Shown piece after piece: positions 55,593-64,000 of a DNA stretch of 64,000 bases. Under the pieces are notes generated by a model. That model worked only from the letters and a program-made list of their open reading frames with translations. It had not been told where the DNA came from and ran no database searches. The stretch comes from a virus (taxonomy: Duplodnaviria > Caudoviricetes). Where the stretch lies: positions 1-64,000 of IMG/VR virus record IMGVR_UViG_3300034161_000018, one strand, 5' to 3'. How positions within the stretch are numbered: the stretch's first letter is position 1; every line of letters begins with the position of its first letter. The translations under genes and the position numbers were made by a program.

Positions 55593-56306
55593 TTACCCTT
55601 TCAGGGATTTCAAAAGCGTAGCCTTCTCGTTGTCGCAACGATCTTCGATGCTTTTCTGAGTAGCGATGCTGCTACTTTTGAAATACGTCGGAACCGTGCG
55701 CTTCTTGAAGTCTTGCACTTTCGTAATGAGTTGTTCGTCAGAATCAGTAGGCAGCGCGGGGCTGTTGATAATGACACCGGTTGCTTTGCCGTATTGCACG
55801 GAAGTGGAATAAACCATTTCACGCACGGCTTGGTGGCGCTTGTCCAGATGATACCCGGCAGCGTCCAGCTTTGCGGCCTGCGGATCATAATGCGATTCGC
55901 GAATGTACTGGGCTTGCGCCGTCGCAAATTCGTCACCACGTTTTGCGGCAACGGATTTGTAAATTGCGTTGAACGCGTCGGTGCCCGGAGTCTTGCCGTT
56001 GAATTCGGTAAACGGTTTCCCGTAAACAGATTTCAGAAACGCGGCCATCGTTCCGGAGTTGGTGCTCAGTTGGTGCTTCCCGTAGGAAACGCCGCCGTTG
56101 TCACCTTTGCCAGTGCTCACAGTTGCAACACCACGCCCACCGGATTCGTAGAGTTCGCTAACCCATCCGGTTACGACTGCTGGAGTATTTGGCATTTCGA
56201 TTTCCTCTGGTTTTACTTCCGGTACTGGAACTGGAACCGGCGCCGGAACTTGTGGTTCGGGTGCCCGCCGAAACAGCGACAGAAACAGGTCGAGTAAAGT
56301 TTTCAT
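55593..56306 (-). CDS. lysozyme-like peptidoglycan hydrolase (VgrG3 C-terminal-like domain)
   Basis: SELYESGGRGVATVSTGKGDNGGVSYGKHQL and VYSTSVQYG motifs. Confidence 0.75.
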   Translation of the reverse strand: MKTLLDLFLSLFRRAPEPQVPAPVPVPVPEVKPEEIEMPNTPAVVTGWVSELYESGGRGVATVSTGKGDNGGVSYGKHQLSTNSGTMAAFLKSVYGKPFTEFNGKTPGTDAFNAIYKSVAAKRGDEFATAQAQYIRESHYDPQAAKLDAAGYHLDKRHQAVREMVYSTSVQYGKATGVIINSPALPTDSDEQLITKVQDFKKRTVPTYFKSSSIATQKSIEDRCDNEKATLLKSLKG

Positions 56307-56382
56307 AGTAGTGGCCTCTTTGTGTCACTAACTATAAATTCTTCAAATCAGAGAAAATCGAATGCTTTTATTTCGGCAATTG

Positions 56383-56592
56383 TTACAGGTCGTGTTCCAC
56401 CAACATGCTGGCCTTGTTGGTCAACGGTTCGAGTTTTTCGTCGCCGCCTTCCGCTTGATATTCAGCGAGTGGCAACAATTGGAAAACGTGAACTTCTTTG
56501 GCGTTCTTGTCGTGACCTGCGCCGAGAAATTCAAACCCGGCTTCTGCCAGTTTGTTGTCTTCTTCAATGCTGTAGGAAAACACAAGGTTCAT
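56383..56592 (-). CDS. hypothetical protein
   Basis: Start moved to MNLVFS (ATGA overlap). Confidence 0.7.
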   Translation of the reverse strand: MNLVFSYSIEEDNKLAEAGFEFLGAGHDKNAKEVHVFQLLPLAEYQAEGGDEKLEPLTNKASMLVEHDL

Positions 56593-57074
56593 TGTGCTTC
56601 CCCTTGCGCGACTTCGGCAATCGTCGGATCGAGCGAAGCCAGTTTCAGTTTGCCGCGTTCGGTTCCGGCAGCCGGAAACCAATTCATCAGCGGGCCGTTT
56701 GCACGCGACTGCATCAGTTCGACATAACCTTTTCCAACTTCGTCTTCGGTGCCGAAAGGAACAAACATCGAATATACCATGATGTGGTGCGGGTCTTTGT
56801 GAACGACTTGATTGTTTGGCAGTGCGTGGCGCAGTTTGCCTTTCACTTTGCACACGCCGATTTGACCAGTCCAGCCGACGTATTCAAACGCGCCTTCGTC
56901 GTTGATTCGCAGAACCACAAAAATGTGATTCAGTTTCAGGCCGGGAATCTGATTGCCTTTGGCATCCCGTTCGCCCGAAGGCATTGCACGGCCACCCGGC
57001 AGCGTTATCCAACGAACGCGACGGCCAGTTTTCTCGCCAGTTACTGTGAGGCGGTTCTTATAACGTTTGCTCAT
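56589..57074 (-). CDS. hypothetical protein
   Basis: Start MSKRYK (AAGGAG RBS). Confidence 0.8.
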   Translation of the reverse strand: MSKRYKNRLTVTGEKTGRRVRWITLPGGRAMPSGERDAKGNQIPGLKLNHIFVVLRINDEGAFEYVGWTGQIGVCKVKGKLRHALPNNQVVHKDPHHIMVYSMFVPFGTEDEVGKGYVELMQSRANGPLMNWFPAAGTERGKLKLASLDPTIAEVAQGEAQ

Positions 57075-57951
57075 TTTGCAGTTCTCCTTTAACGACGAAT
57101 TTGAATTCGACAATCAGTTTGCTGTAGCCACCAACGTGATGCGGCAACACCACAATATCAGGGCCAAACTTTTCAGTGAGTTCCATTGCGCGAGCAACAG
57201 GATCGCCCATGATGATTTCGCTTTCGCCGATTTGCTCAGTGGTCACAATGTCACGCAACAGCGGCCACGTTTCCCCGAAGGAATGGACGTAAAAGGTTTT
57301 CTTGCGCCAGTCCCAAACCATATGGACGTGCATGTTTTGCGTTTTGTAGAAAATGCCGCGACCGAATTCCAGTTGATCGGCGAAGCCTGTACTGCACTTC
57401 TGCCCGAATGGAATCCAGCGGCGGATTTCAAATTCGTGAATGATCCGTTGCGCGTAATGTTCCAGCGCGTACTCGCCAACCATGCGGTCGCTGCCAACAC
57501 GAAACAGCATGTCGTACAAGTCTTGATTGGATTGCAGCGATTTGCGGAACTCATGCAGGAACGTGCCGAGCAAAAGCACTTCTTGCAAATGAATTTCGGT
57601 GCCTGAGATAAACCCACCGGCCAGCAGCGGCCCGAGTCCCGGCGCTCTCCAGAAATGGTTTATGCCGTGGCGGTACAGCTTATCGCGTTCGGCCTGTTTC
57701 AAATAACCGATAGCGAATGGAAAATTGAAATTGTAGTAGCGCGTGTGATACTCAGCCTGCCGCTCGTAATACAGGTCGAGGTATTCGGCAATCATTACTT
57801 TTGCCGCGTCCGGAGAAATAGGATCATCCGGATACGGTTGAACATTTGCAAAGTAATGCACCTTGCCCTTTTCCAGATTCGTGAAGTCGATTTGCTCAAC
57901 CTTGTCGTGCAGATGGATGATTGGGTTTTTCGGTTTCAGGTGTTGGATCAT
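57058..57951 (-). CDS. hypothetical protein
   Basis: Start moved to MIQHLK (AAGGAG RBS). Confidence 0.85.
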   Translation of the reverse strand: MIQHLKPKNPIIHLHDKVEQIDFTNLEKGKVHYFANVQPYPDDPISPDAAKVMIAEYLDLYYERQAEYHTRYYNFNFPFAIGYLKQAERDKLYRHGINHFWRAPGLGPLLAGGFISGTEIHLQEVLLLGTFLHEFRKSLQSNQDLYDMLFRVGSDRMVGEYALEHYAQRIIHEFEIRRWIPFGQKCSTGFADQLEFGRGIFYKTQNMHVHMVWDWRKKTFYVHSFGETWPLLRDIVTTEQIGESEIIMGDPVARAMELTEKFGPDIVVLPHHVGGYSKLIVEFKFVVKGELQNEQTL

Positions 57952-58487
57952 TACGCGGCTCTCCTTTCTGCGACGTACTCTTTGATTTCTCGGCGGTGAT
58001 CTTTGCGTTGCAGATTGTAAACCGGTACGCCAAACAGGTCGGCCACGTTTATCGCAATGCCAGTCCCGCCAGTTACGTCGCGGTTGTATTCGGCCATAGT
58101 GGTTGCCCCGTCCGGCGTCCAGCACAGCACGAATTTAGATTTCTTGATTTCCCGTTCGTGACTACAAATGCCTAGAACCTGAAACACGTTGCGACGGAAG
58201 AACATCATCGTTTCGTATTTGTGGATTCGGTACGGGTAAACCTTCTTGAGAATCGAATCAGCAAACTTCAACTGCTCTTTCGAGTATTGCCAAATGCCGG
58301 TGGTGTGATCGTTGAAACCTTCCCACGGTAAAAGCAATTCGATGTTTGGCGAACCTAGAAAGAACGCATGGTCAGAACCGTCAGCTCCCCCGGTGCGGCA
58401 GCGGGAACGCTTTAACGCAGCGAAATTCTTCATTAGGTGAAAAATGTTTGCGGGAACTCTCCTGCTCCCGATCCCTGTCCACGGCAT
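57951..58487 (-). CDS. SLOG/DprA-like nucleotide-binding protein
   Basis: TGIGSR..RTGGADGSD..FVLCWTPDG..GGTGIA..VPVYNL. Confidence 0.75.
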   Translation of the reverse strand: MPWTGIGSRRVPANIFHLMKNFAALKRSRCRTGGADGSDHAFFLGSPNIELLLPWEGFNDHTTGIWQYSKEQLKFADSILKKVYPYRIHKYETMMFFRRNVFQVLGICSHEREIKKSKFVLCWTPDGATTMAEYNRDVTGGTGIAINVADLFGVPVYNLQRKDHRREIKEYVAERRAA

Positions 58488-58815
58488 CTTGAACCTCCGC
58501 TGCAAACGCGAGTCCCATCCTGTACGCGTAAAACAAATTGATGTTTATCAATGAGGTGGTCAAATCCGTTGCACGCAGACGGCGCTGCAAACGTTTTTCC
58601 AAACATGCAATACACGCCAGTTGCTTCGGTTCCAGAAACGCATGCGCCCACAATTCATCGTGAACCATGTACGGCTCGACCTGACATTTGCAATCCACAC
58701 AACCACGGAACGAACGGCGGGCGCGGGCCGGAATGGTCAGCGGCAAGTCTTTCACCCGGCGCTTTGCTGCCATTTCCAAAACTTCAATAATGTCATTGAT
58801 TGTTTCGAGGTTCAT
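58381..58815 (-). CDS. Cys-motif phage protein
   Basis: CVDC..YMVHDELW..CIACLEKRL; overlaps next gene by ~105 bp. Confidence 0.7.
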   Translation of the reverse strand: MNLETINDIIEVLEMAAKRRVKDLPLTIPARARRSFRGCVDCKCQVEPYMVHDELWAHAFLEPKQLACIACLEKRLQRRLRATDLTTSLININLFYAYRMGLAFAAEVQDAVDRDREQESSRKHFSPNEEFRCVKAFPLPHRGS

Positions 58816-58887
58816 TTACGCGGCCCTTTATCTGCGCGGAATTCACGCGGGTTGTAGGTATTTGCTTTTGCGTCGAAGGCTTTCAGT

Positions 58888-59466
58888 TCAACCTTCCCGC
58901 CGCGCATTATCGAAAGTGAAGGCTCTGAACACGCTGGCGCTGCTTGAGATTTTCTCAGGGTGTCCGGCTTCGCGTTGCCAGTCTGCGCGGAACTGCCGAA
59001 CATGCTGGACGGCACAGCTTTTAAACGAGACACAAGCCTTTTGAAATTTAACTTGGCTCGACTTAGCCAGCTTGCTCGCACAATCTTCGGTCGAAATGTA
59101 CCGTTGTGTTTTGTAGTCATAACCCACGGCCTTGTAAAAATCCCAAAGCGATTCGTGGCGAATCCAGTTGGGTTCTGGTTGGAGTTTGAGTTTGTATTTC
59201 GCCAGTGATTGATTCAGCAAGCGGAAATCAACATCCCATTCGTCTTTGTCTTTCAGCGCTGTGCGGATGGCCGGATAGACACACGGCTTTTTGGTTTTAC
59301 GCGCTTTCTGAATTGCTTTCCACAGGCTGGTATTTTGCCCGCCGCGAAAAGCGGAGTAACTACGGATCGTGCGGTTGAAATTCGGATCGCCGAAGTTTGG
59401 CAATGGGAAAATGTGATGGTCAGTTGGCACGTTATTGCGCCACACGATTGCTGTGCAGTCAAACAT
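58888..59466 (-). CDS. hypothetical protein, paralogous motif with 59459..59848
   Basis: Start MFDCTA; HESLWDFYKAVGYDYKT. Confidence 0.7.
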   Translation of the reverse strand: MFDCTAIVWRNNVPTDHHIFPLPNFGDPNFNRTIRSYSAFRGGQNTSLWKAIQKARKTKKPCVYPAIRTALKDKDEWDVDFRLLNQSLAKYKLKLQPEPNWIRHESLWDFYKAVGYDYKTQRYISTEDCASKLAKSSQVKFQKACVSFKSCAVQHVRQFRADWQREAGHPEKISSSASVFRAFTFDNARREG

Positions 59467-59848
59467 TTTCGCGTACCCACTTTTTGGTTTTGTGATCGTA
59501 CCCGACAGCGGTGTACATATCCCAAAGTGATTCGTGTGTGAATGTTGGAACACCCGGAAGCAACGGCTCGTATTCGTGCCCGCTCTTTTCGCAACTGGCT
59601 TTCCAGCGTGCTTCGGTGTCGTCGTGCCACTTTTTCTTTTCAAACGGGCCGAGGTGAAACAGGATTGGCTTACCGTTCACCAGTGCGTCGTAATTACGTT
59701 TTGATTCCCGCTCAGAAAACCACGACATGCTGGTGATTGCCCGGTACGGATTGTGTTTCTCGGTCGGCTCACAAGTGAAAACGTGAATCTCGATAACATC
59801 ATCCCCTTTGAACAGGTACGTGATGTATTCCGGATTTCCTCTAGGCAT
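59459..59848 (-). CDS. hypothetical protein
   Basis: HESLWDMYTAVGYDHKT at C-terminus. Confidence 0.8.
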   Translation of the reverse strand: MPRGNPEYITYLFKGDDVIEIHVFTCEPTEKHNPYRAITSMSWFSERESKRNYDALVNGKPILFHLGPFEKKKWHDDTEARWKASCEKSGHEYEPLLPGVPTFTHESLWDMYTAVGYDHKTKKWVRENV

Positions 59849-59861
59849 GTCGCGGTTCCTT

Positions 59862-60686
59862 TTAGCGTTGTGCCGCTTGTTTGTTTTGGTCAGCGACGTA
59901 TGCGCGCAACAAGTTCAGCGACGGGCCTTTCGCAGCTTTGAACATTGCTTGACCGACCGGCGTGTAGAACTTCGCACTTTCCAGAAAACGCGATTGGCTT
60001 TCGACCATTTCGTCCAGCGAAATAGTTTTGTCCAGTTTGTCTTCCAGTTCTTCGCGCAGACCTTCAATAACCGCGATGGTATCGACGTTGGTGCAGGCGT
60101 ACAGCATGTCGGCGTCACGAATGATTTGTTCGCACTGGCCGCGTGGTTCTTTCACGAACGGGAATTCGGTGATGCGGATGCAGTCTTCGGCGATTTGGAA
60201 AATCAAATCGAAGTTTGCCCACGCAATGCCAGTCGGTTCGATCAGCGTGGAGCGGTAGGCTTTCAGACCGGCGATTGCCAGTTCGATGTTTTGCAGATCA
60301 GGAACGTTGGCGGCAGTGTGGTTGAAGTCGTGGAAAACTGCGCCGAGCAAAATGCCCGCTTGTTCTTCATTGCTCAGGAATTCCGAAGGGAAGATTTCCA
60401 AAGCAGTGTGCGCAACGCCTTTGCAATGACCGGTGCTGTGGTAGCCATTGTTTACGCCGGAGTTGAAAGCGTCGAGATATTCCAACGCGCCCGGAAAACC
60501 CATCGAGGTCAACACAGCTTGCAAACGTGCTTCTTGCACGCGGCGCTGCAAAAGAATTGTTTGTGTCAGTGCGTTGATTGGCATGAGGATTTCGTCGTAG
60601 GTGTCAACGAGGCCGTTGGCAGTTTGGATTTTCGATTCCTGCACGCCGTAAACGGCTGCGGTGAAATCGCAGGTTGCTTGTCTCAT
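59862..60686 (-). CDS. HD-superfamily metal-dependent phosphohydrolase
   Basis: YHSTGH...AVFHDFNH...IRDAD. Confidence 0.85.
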   Translation of the reverse strand: MRQATCDFTAAVYGVQESKIQTANGLVDTYDEILMPINALTQTILLQRRVQEARLQAVLTSMGFPGALEYLDAFNSGVNNGYHSTGHCKGVAHTALEIFPSEFLSNEEQAGILLGAVFHDFNHTAANVPDLQNIELAIAGLKAYRSTLIEPTGIAWANFDLIFQIAEDCIRITEFPFVKEPRGQCEQIIRDADMLYACTNVDTIAVIEGLREELEDKLDKTISLDEMVESQSRFLESAKFYTPVGQAMFKAAKGPSLNLLRAYVADQNKQAAQR

Positions 60687-61213
60687 TTGTCGTCACTCCC
60701 TTCGTAGAATTTCAAATCGGCCAGATGCGCGTCCGGGCGATACTTTGCCAAATCGGTTGGCGTCATTGCACGAACTTGCGCAAGGATTTTGGTCAGCTTG
60801 CGCTTTCCTTTTCCGTCACGACCAGTTCCCCAGTATTCGTCCCACGATGCGTCTTCAATCAGAACGGCATTGTCGGTATCTTTCAACAAACGAAACAGAA
60901 CCGGGTTTTGTGCAAACTTGTGAGCCACGCCGCGCAGCATGATCTTGTCTTTGTTTTCTTCAAATTCAGGATCAAGTGGGCAGCCGCCTTTCGCACTGCC
61001 GAAATACTTTGCCTTCGACCAGTCAAACGCGTTGATGATCTTGGCGCGGAAGGTTTTGTTTTTGGTCTTGTGTGCCTGAAAGTAATGCTCAGCACTTTTG
61101 AACAGAACTGGCTTACCGCCAAACATCGCAATGAATGGGGCCGGGAACGGATTCGACAGAAACGCGTATTTGATTACGCGACTGGTGAAAAGAATTTCCT
61201 TTGGTTTCTTCAT
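60683..61213 (-). CDS. NADAR (YbiA/RibX-like) N-glycosidase
   Basis: FLSNPF, SAEHYFQAHK, KFAQN..L..T....LIED..D.YWG.G..GKG..K. Confidence 0.92.
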   Translation of the reverse strand: MKKPKEILFTSRVIKYAFLSNPFPAPFIAMFGGKPVLFKSAEHYFQAHKTKNKTFRAKIINAFDWSKAKYFGSAKGGCPLDPEFEENKDKIMLRGVAHKFAQNPVLFRLLKDTDNAVLIEDASWDEYWGTGRDGKGKRKLTKILAQVRAMTPTDLAKYRPDAHLADLKFYEGSDDK

Positions 61214-61241
61214 TTGGATTCCTAAACCCATGTGACGCTCC

Positions 61242-61271
61242 AAAAGAAATGGGCAGCCTCGGCCACCCATT
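61242..61271 (-). terminator. intrinsic terminator
   Basis: ATGGGTGGC-CGAG-GCTGCCCAT-TTCTTTT. Confidence 0.75.
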
Positions 61272-61282
61272 CTATTTTTCTA

Positions 61283-62134
61283 TCAGTCTACGCGAGCATA
61301 CGCGTCGATAGTTTTGTTGTACTGAACCGCCAGTTCGACAGTGATTTTGTCGTTGTCGATGTTACCGGCCAGCAACATGCCTTCGACAATATCGGTCAGG
61401 TGTTCGGAGTCTTCGCGACCGTCGGCCCAAACTTTCACGTAACGCGCCGGGTTGGCGAGGTAATCGTTTTTGCTGTACGACAGGCCGTGTTCTTTGGCGC
61501 CGTTCGCGGTACGGAAACGATTGAGAACCGATTTGCAAAGATACTCGGTCAGGAATTGTTCGATGGTGAAGTTTGGGAATACCACGAAGAACGCGTTGAA
61601 AAGATTTTCCCACGCGCCACACAGATCGTAAGTCGTGTAGGTGACTTGCGTTCCGATATGGCGACCGTACAGATTGGTTTGCAGGGATTCCAAATACTTC
61701 ACCGCTTGTTCGGCGCGGCCTTGTTCGGTATTCGGGCCTTCACCGCGATCAGCGCTGTGACGATCTTCGGCGTTGGTGAAACCTTGGTTCATTGCGTCGA
61801 GGTGCGTGTAAACCTGATTCGATTGTGCCCAGTAGAACGGCTGGCCGCTGCGCTGTACAACGTGCGTGAACGAAAGCAGGAAGTGCGCAACGTCGATCAG
61901 TTCCATACGGAATTGCGGTTTGTTGAATTCGGTAGTCGCCCACCACTTGTACGGCGTGTAGGAAATTGCTTCGCCGATTTCAACATTGATTGCGCGGCGA
62001 TACGCGAAACCGTGATTGTTTTCCAGAGTTGCGTTGCGCCACTGCACGCCGCCCATCAGATCATTCAGGTCAGCCTGAACATTCAGCATGGAAGTGAAAA
62101 TGACGGAATGGTTTGCGCGAATTGGTTGGTGCAT
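61283..62134 (-). CDS. dimeric all-alpha dUTPase/dCTPase family protein
   Basis: Q.DLN, EIGEA..YKWW, MELIDVAHFLLS, KSVLNRFR..NG. Confidence 0.85.
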   Translation of the reverse strand: MHQPIRANHSVIFTSMLNVQADLNDLMGGVQWRNATLENNHGFAYRRAINVEIGEAISYTPYKWWATTEFNKPQFRMELIDVAHFLLSFTHVVQRSGQPFYWAQSNQVYTHLDAMNQGFTNAEDRHSADRGEGPNTEQGRAEQAVKYLESLQTNLYGRHIGTQVTYTTYDLCGAWENLFNAFFVVFPNFTIEQFLTEYLCKSVLNRFRTANGAKEHGLSYSKNDYLANPARYVKVWADGREDSEHLTDIVEGMLLAGNIDNDKITVELAVQYNKTIDAYARVD

Positions 62135-62171
62135 GGTTGCCTCGGTTGAGTGTGGTGTTCGTGATTAAAGT

Positions 62172-62357
62172 TTACAGTTTTCCTTCGCGCAGCTTCTTGG
62201 CTACGCTCGGACGGATGCGGGGTTTGCGGCTCAGGAATTGCGGGGCTTTGCGGCAGTCGATTCGGGCCTGTTGCTGTTCAAAGCTCCCCGGCGAAAAGGT
62301 GGACTTGCCGCCGTGGATTGTGTCGGTGACGATTTCGATTCCGTTGTCTTTGCTCAT
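62172..62357 (-). CDS. small basic protein
   Basis: 61 aa. Confidence 0.55.
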   Translation of the reverse strand: MSKDNGIEIVTDTIHGGKSTFSPGSFEQQQARIDCRKAPQFLSRKPRIRPSVAKKLREGKL

Positions 62358-62424
62358 TTTATTGCGTTCCAGAAATGAAAAAACCGTACTTACCCTTTAC
62401 AGTTTTGGGTAAGCACGGCTTGGT

Positions 62425-63348
62425 TTACGCTGGTGGTGTCGGCTCGACGTATTCGGTCACGTCGGCCATTACTTCAACTTCCAGTTCGGTTCCAGCTTTC
62501 CATTTCGGAGTAGCTTTCAGCGCCAGCACGAAAGTGCCGAACGGCGAACCGGCTTCGTTGTACTCGGCGTTTTGGATATACGGTTTGATGAAACCGAAAT
62601 CGTAACGCTGAATCATTTGCACAGCGGTTTTGTCTGCCGACATTGCAGCGTCAGCGATTACAACGTGGCCGGAAACCGCGTTGCTCCAAATGTACCGCTG
62701 GCGCTTGTCGTCGAAGATCAACGCCCAACGGATTGGGTCGGTCGCGCCGGTTGGGTCAACGTCCAGCAACAGTTCGACGTTGTAGAGTTCGCAAACATTT
62801 TTCACGTCGGCATTCAGCGAGCCAACGGTAACGGCGAATGTCCAAAGTTCGGTTGGTTTGAGCGCAATGTCGTAAGTGCCGCCCGCACCGTAATTGGTTG
62901 CGTCGTTGCGTTTGCGAATCGCGATACCCATTTCGATGTTGGCGTTTTTGGTCAACGTGAAATCGTCAACCGGATTGCCCACACCGCTCAGCATGTATTT
63001 CTTGCCGCCGCTTTCAATTGCGAAAACGGTTTCCGTTGCAGGCGTGCCAGCCGGATAGGTCAGGGCCGCGACGAAATCAGGAACAGAAGGATGGCGCACA
63101 ACCAGAATGCCGCCGAGATAAAGCGAAAGATAACGGCCTTCGCGGTCGGTGACGATGTTGTCGATAATCAGCGTATCCGACTGCCCGTAGTATTTCGATA
63201 CGGTAGTGGTGAACGCTCCCGAATCTTGCAATTCCTGCATTTCAGCAGGCGTCAAAACAATCCGACGCACTTCGTTTGGGTGATCGCCAGCGGCAGCAAT
63301 CGCGGCAACCAATTGGTCAACCACGCCACCGTAGTTTTGTACATCCAT
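62425..63348 (-). CDS. hypothetical beta-rich protein, possibly virion-associated
   Basis: 307 aa; GAGGA RBS; composition only. Confidence 0.8.
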   Translation of the reverse strand: MDVQNYGGVVDQLVAAIAAAGDHPNEVRRIVLTPAEMQELQDSGAFTTTVSKYYGQSDTLIIDNIVTDREGRYLSLYLGGILVVRHPSVPDFVAALTYPAGTPATETVFAIESGGKKYMLSGVGNPVDDFTLTKNANIEMGIAIRKRNDATNYGAGGTYDIALKPTELWTFAVTVGSLNADVKNVCELYNVELLLDVDPTGATDPIRWALIFDDKRQRYIWSNAVSGHVVIADAAMSADKTAVQMIQRYDFGFIKPYIQNAEYNEAGSPFGTFVLALKATPKWKAGTELEVEVMADVTEYVEPTPPA

Positions 63349-63359
63349 TGGAAATCCTC

Positions 63360-63542
63360 TTACTTAATCGAGTCAGTGGTTTTGAAAATATCCCACTTGC
63401 GACCGAAAGCCCAAACGTAGACGACGAAATGAGTTGTGTATGAACCCGGATCGCGGCTCAAATAATACCAAAAGCATTTCGACTTGATTAGCGTGCGTGC
63501 CAGCCAAAGCTTGAGCTTCGCGGTTCCGGGTCTTTTAATCAT
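63360..63542 (-). CDS. small hypothetical protein
   Basis: 60 aa; ATGA overlap. Confidence 0.6.
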   Translation of the reverse strand: MIKRPGTAKLKLWLARTLIKSKCFWYYLSRDPGSYTTHFVVYVWAFGRKWDIFKTTDSIK

Positions 63543-63997
63543 TGCGGCGAATGCGCTCTCAGGTCAGGGATAAGGTTTGGTTTTTGTTGAATGACGATTG
63601 GCATTGCTTCCGGTGTCAAACGCACAACGACTTCGCGCTGTTGTGGAAACCAACCAACGATTGGTTCTTGCTTGCCGAACAGGCCGGACGCATTAACAAT
63701 CGAAGTGGCGAAAGCATCGCAAAAGAAATCGCTCATGTGCGTGAAGGTCGGAATCAGTTTTGCAACACGATCCAAACCACGCTCGTTTACCGACAGATCG
63801 GTCAGGTACTTGGCCTGTTCCATAACCGTCAGTTCGCGCAAAACTTTGTTGTGGTACGGCTCACACGGAATCCGATGGGAATCAAATTCTGCAAGCGATT
63901 TGGAACCGGGATACGGCACGTCGTAATAGACGGCACCAATTTTCTCGTCGATGATTACGGGCGCGCACAAATCACACGGCTGCGCAGTCACATACAT
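63539..63997 (-). CDS. hypothetical protein (start may lie beyond window end)
   Basis: At least 152 aa open frame. Confidence 0.7.
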   Translation of the reverse strand: MYVTAQPCDLCAPVIIDEKIGAVYYDVPYPGSKSLAEFDSHRIPCEPYHNKVLRELTVMEQAKYLTDLSVNERGLDRVAKLIPTFTHMSDFFCDAFATSIVNASGLFGKQEPIVGWFPQQREVVVRLTPEAMPIVIQQKPNLIPDLRAHSPQ

Positions 63998-64000
63998 TTC

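Noticed and set aside
58812-59120. 102-aa ORF as an independent gene
   Set aside because: It overlaps 58888..59466 by 233 bp; kept only as part of a finding.
487-62831. Many long plus-strand ORFs (e.g. 7189..8274, 14457..15812, 40088..41170, 54972..56297)
   Set aside because: They mirror minus-strand genes, lack RBSs and recognisable motifs, and have the F/V/R/Q-rich composition typical of antisense shadows.
1-64000. tRNA, rRNA, integrase, transposase or core structural/replication genes
   Set aside because: No cloverleaf or recognisable motifs were seen by eye; tRNAscan and HMM searches would be needed to exclude them formally.

Overview
The window looks like the accessory or early-gene region of a large lytic dsDNA phage. 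About 125 tightly packed, mostly short CDSs all lie on the minus strand, often with ATGA/TAATG overlaps. I found no tRNA, rRNA, CRISPR array, integrase or transposase. A near-copy of the Pseudomonas AmrZ DNA-binding domain suggests a Pseudomonas host (inference). Recognisable products are an AmrZ-like Arc/RHH regulator, an XRE-HTH protein, a Nudix hydrolase, a YgiC-like glutathionylspermidine-synthase-family ATP-grasp enzyme with a YgiB-like lipoprotein, a GNAT, an RlaP-like nucleotidyltransferase, a 2OG-Fe(II) oxygenase, a KTSC protein, a putative ADP-ribosyltransferase, a VgrG3-like muramidase, a SLOG/DprA-like protein, an HD hydrolase, a NADAR and a dimeric dUTPase. The most striking unannotated structure is non-coding. 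Five extended -10 sigma70-like promoters (about 13.6, 28.6, 43.4, 49.7 and 55.0 kb) are each bracketed by two inverted copies of a 20-bp site (CTTAC-N4-TA-N4-A-N-GTT) spaced 92-95 bp apart. These cassettes split the region into gene modules and appear mosaic with one another. All family calls come from motif recognition by eye; no searches were run. Many start codons were re-chosen from RBS or overlap evidence.
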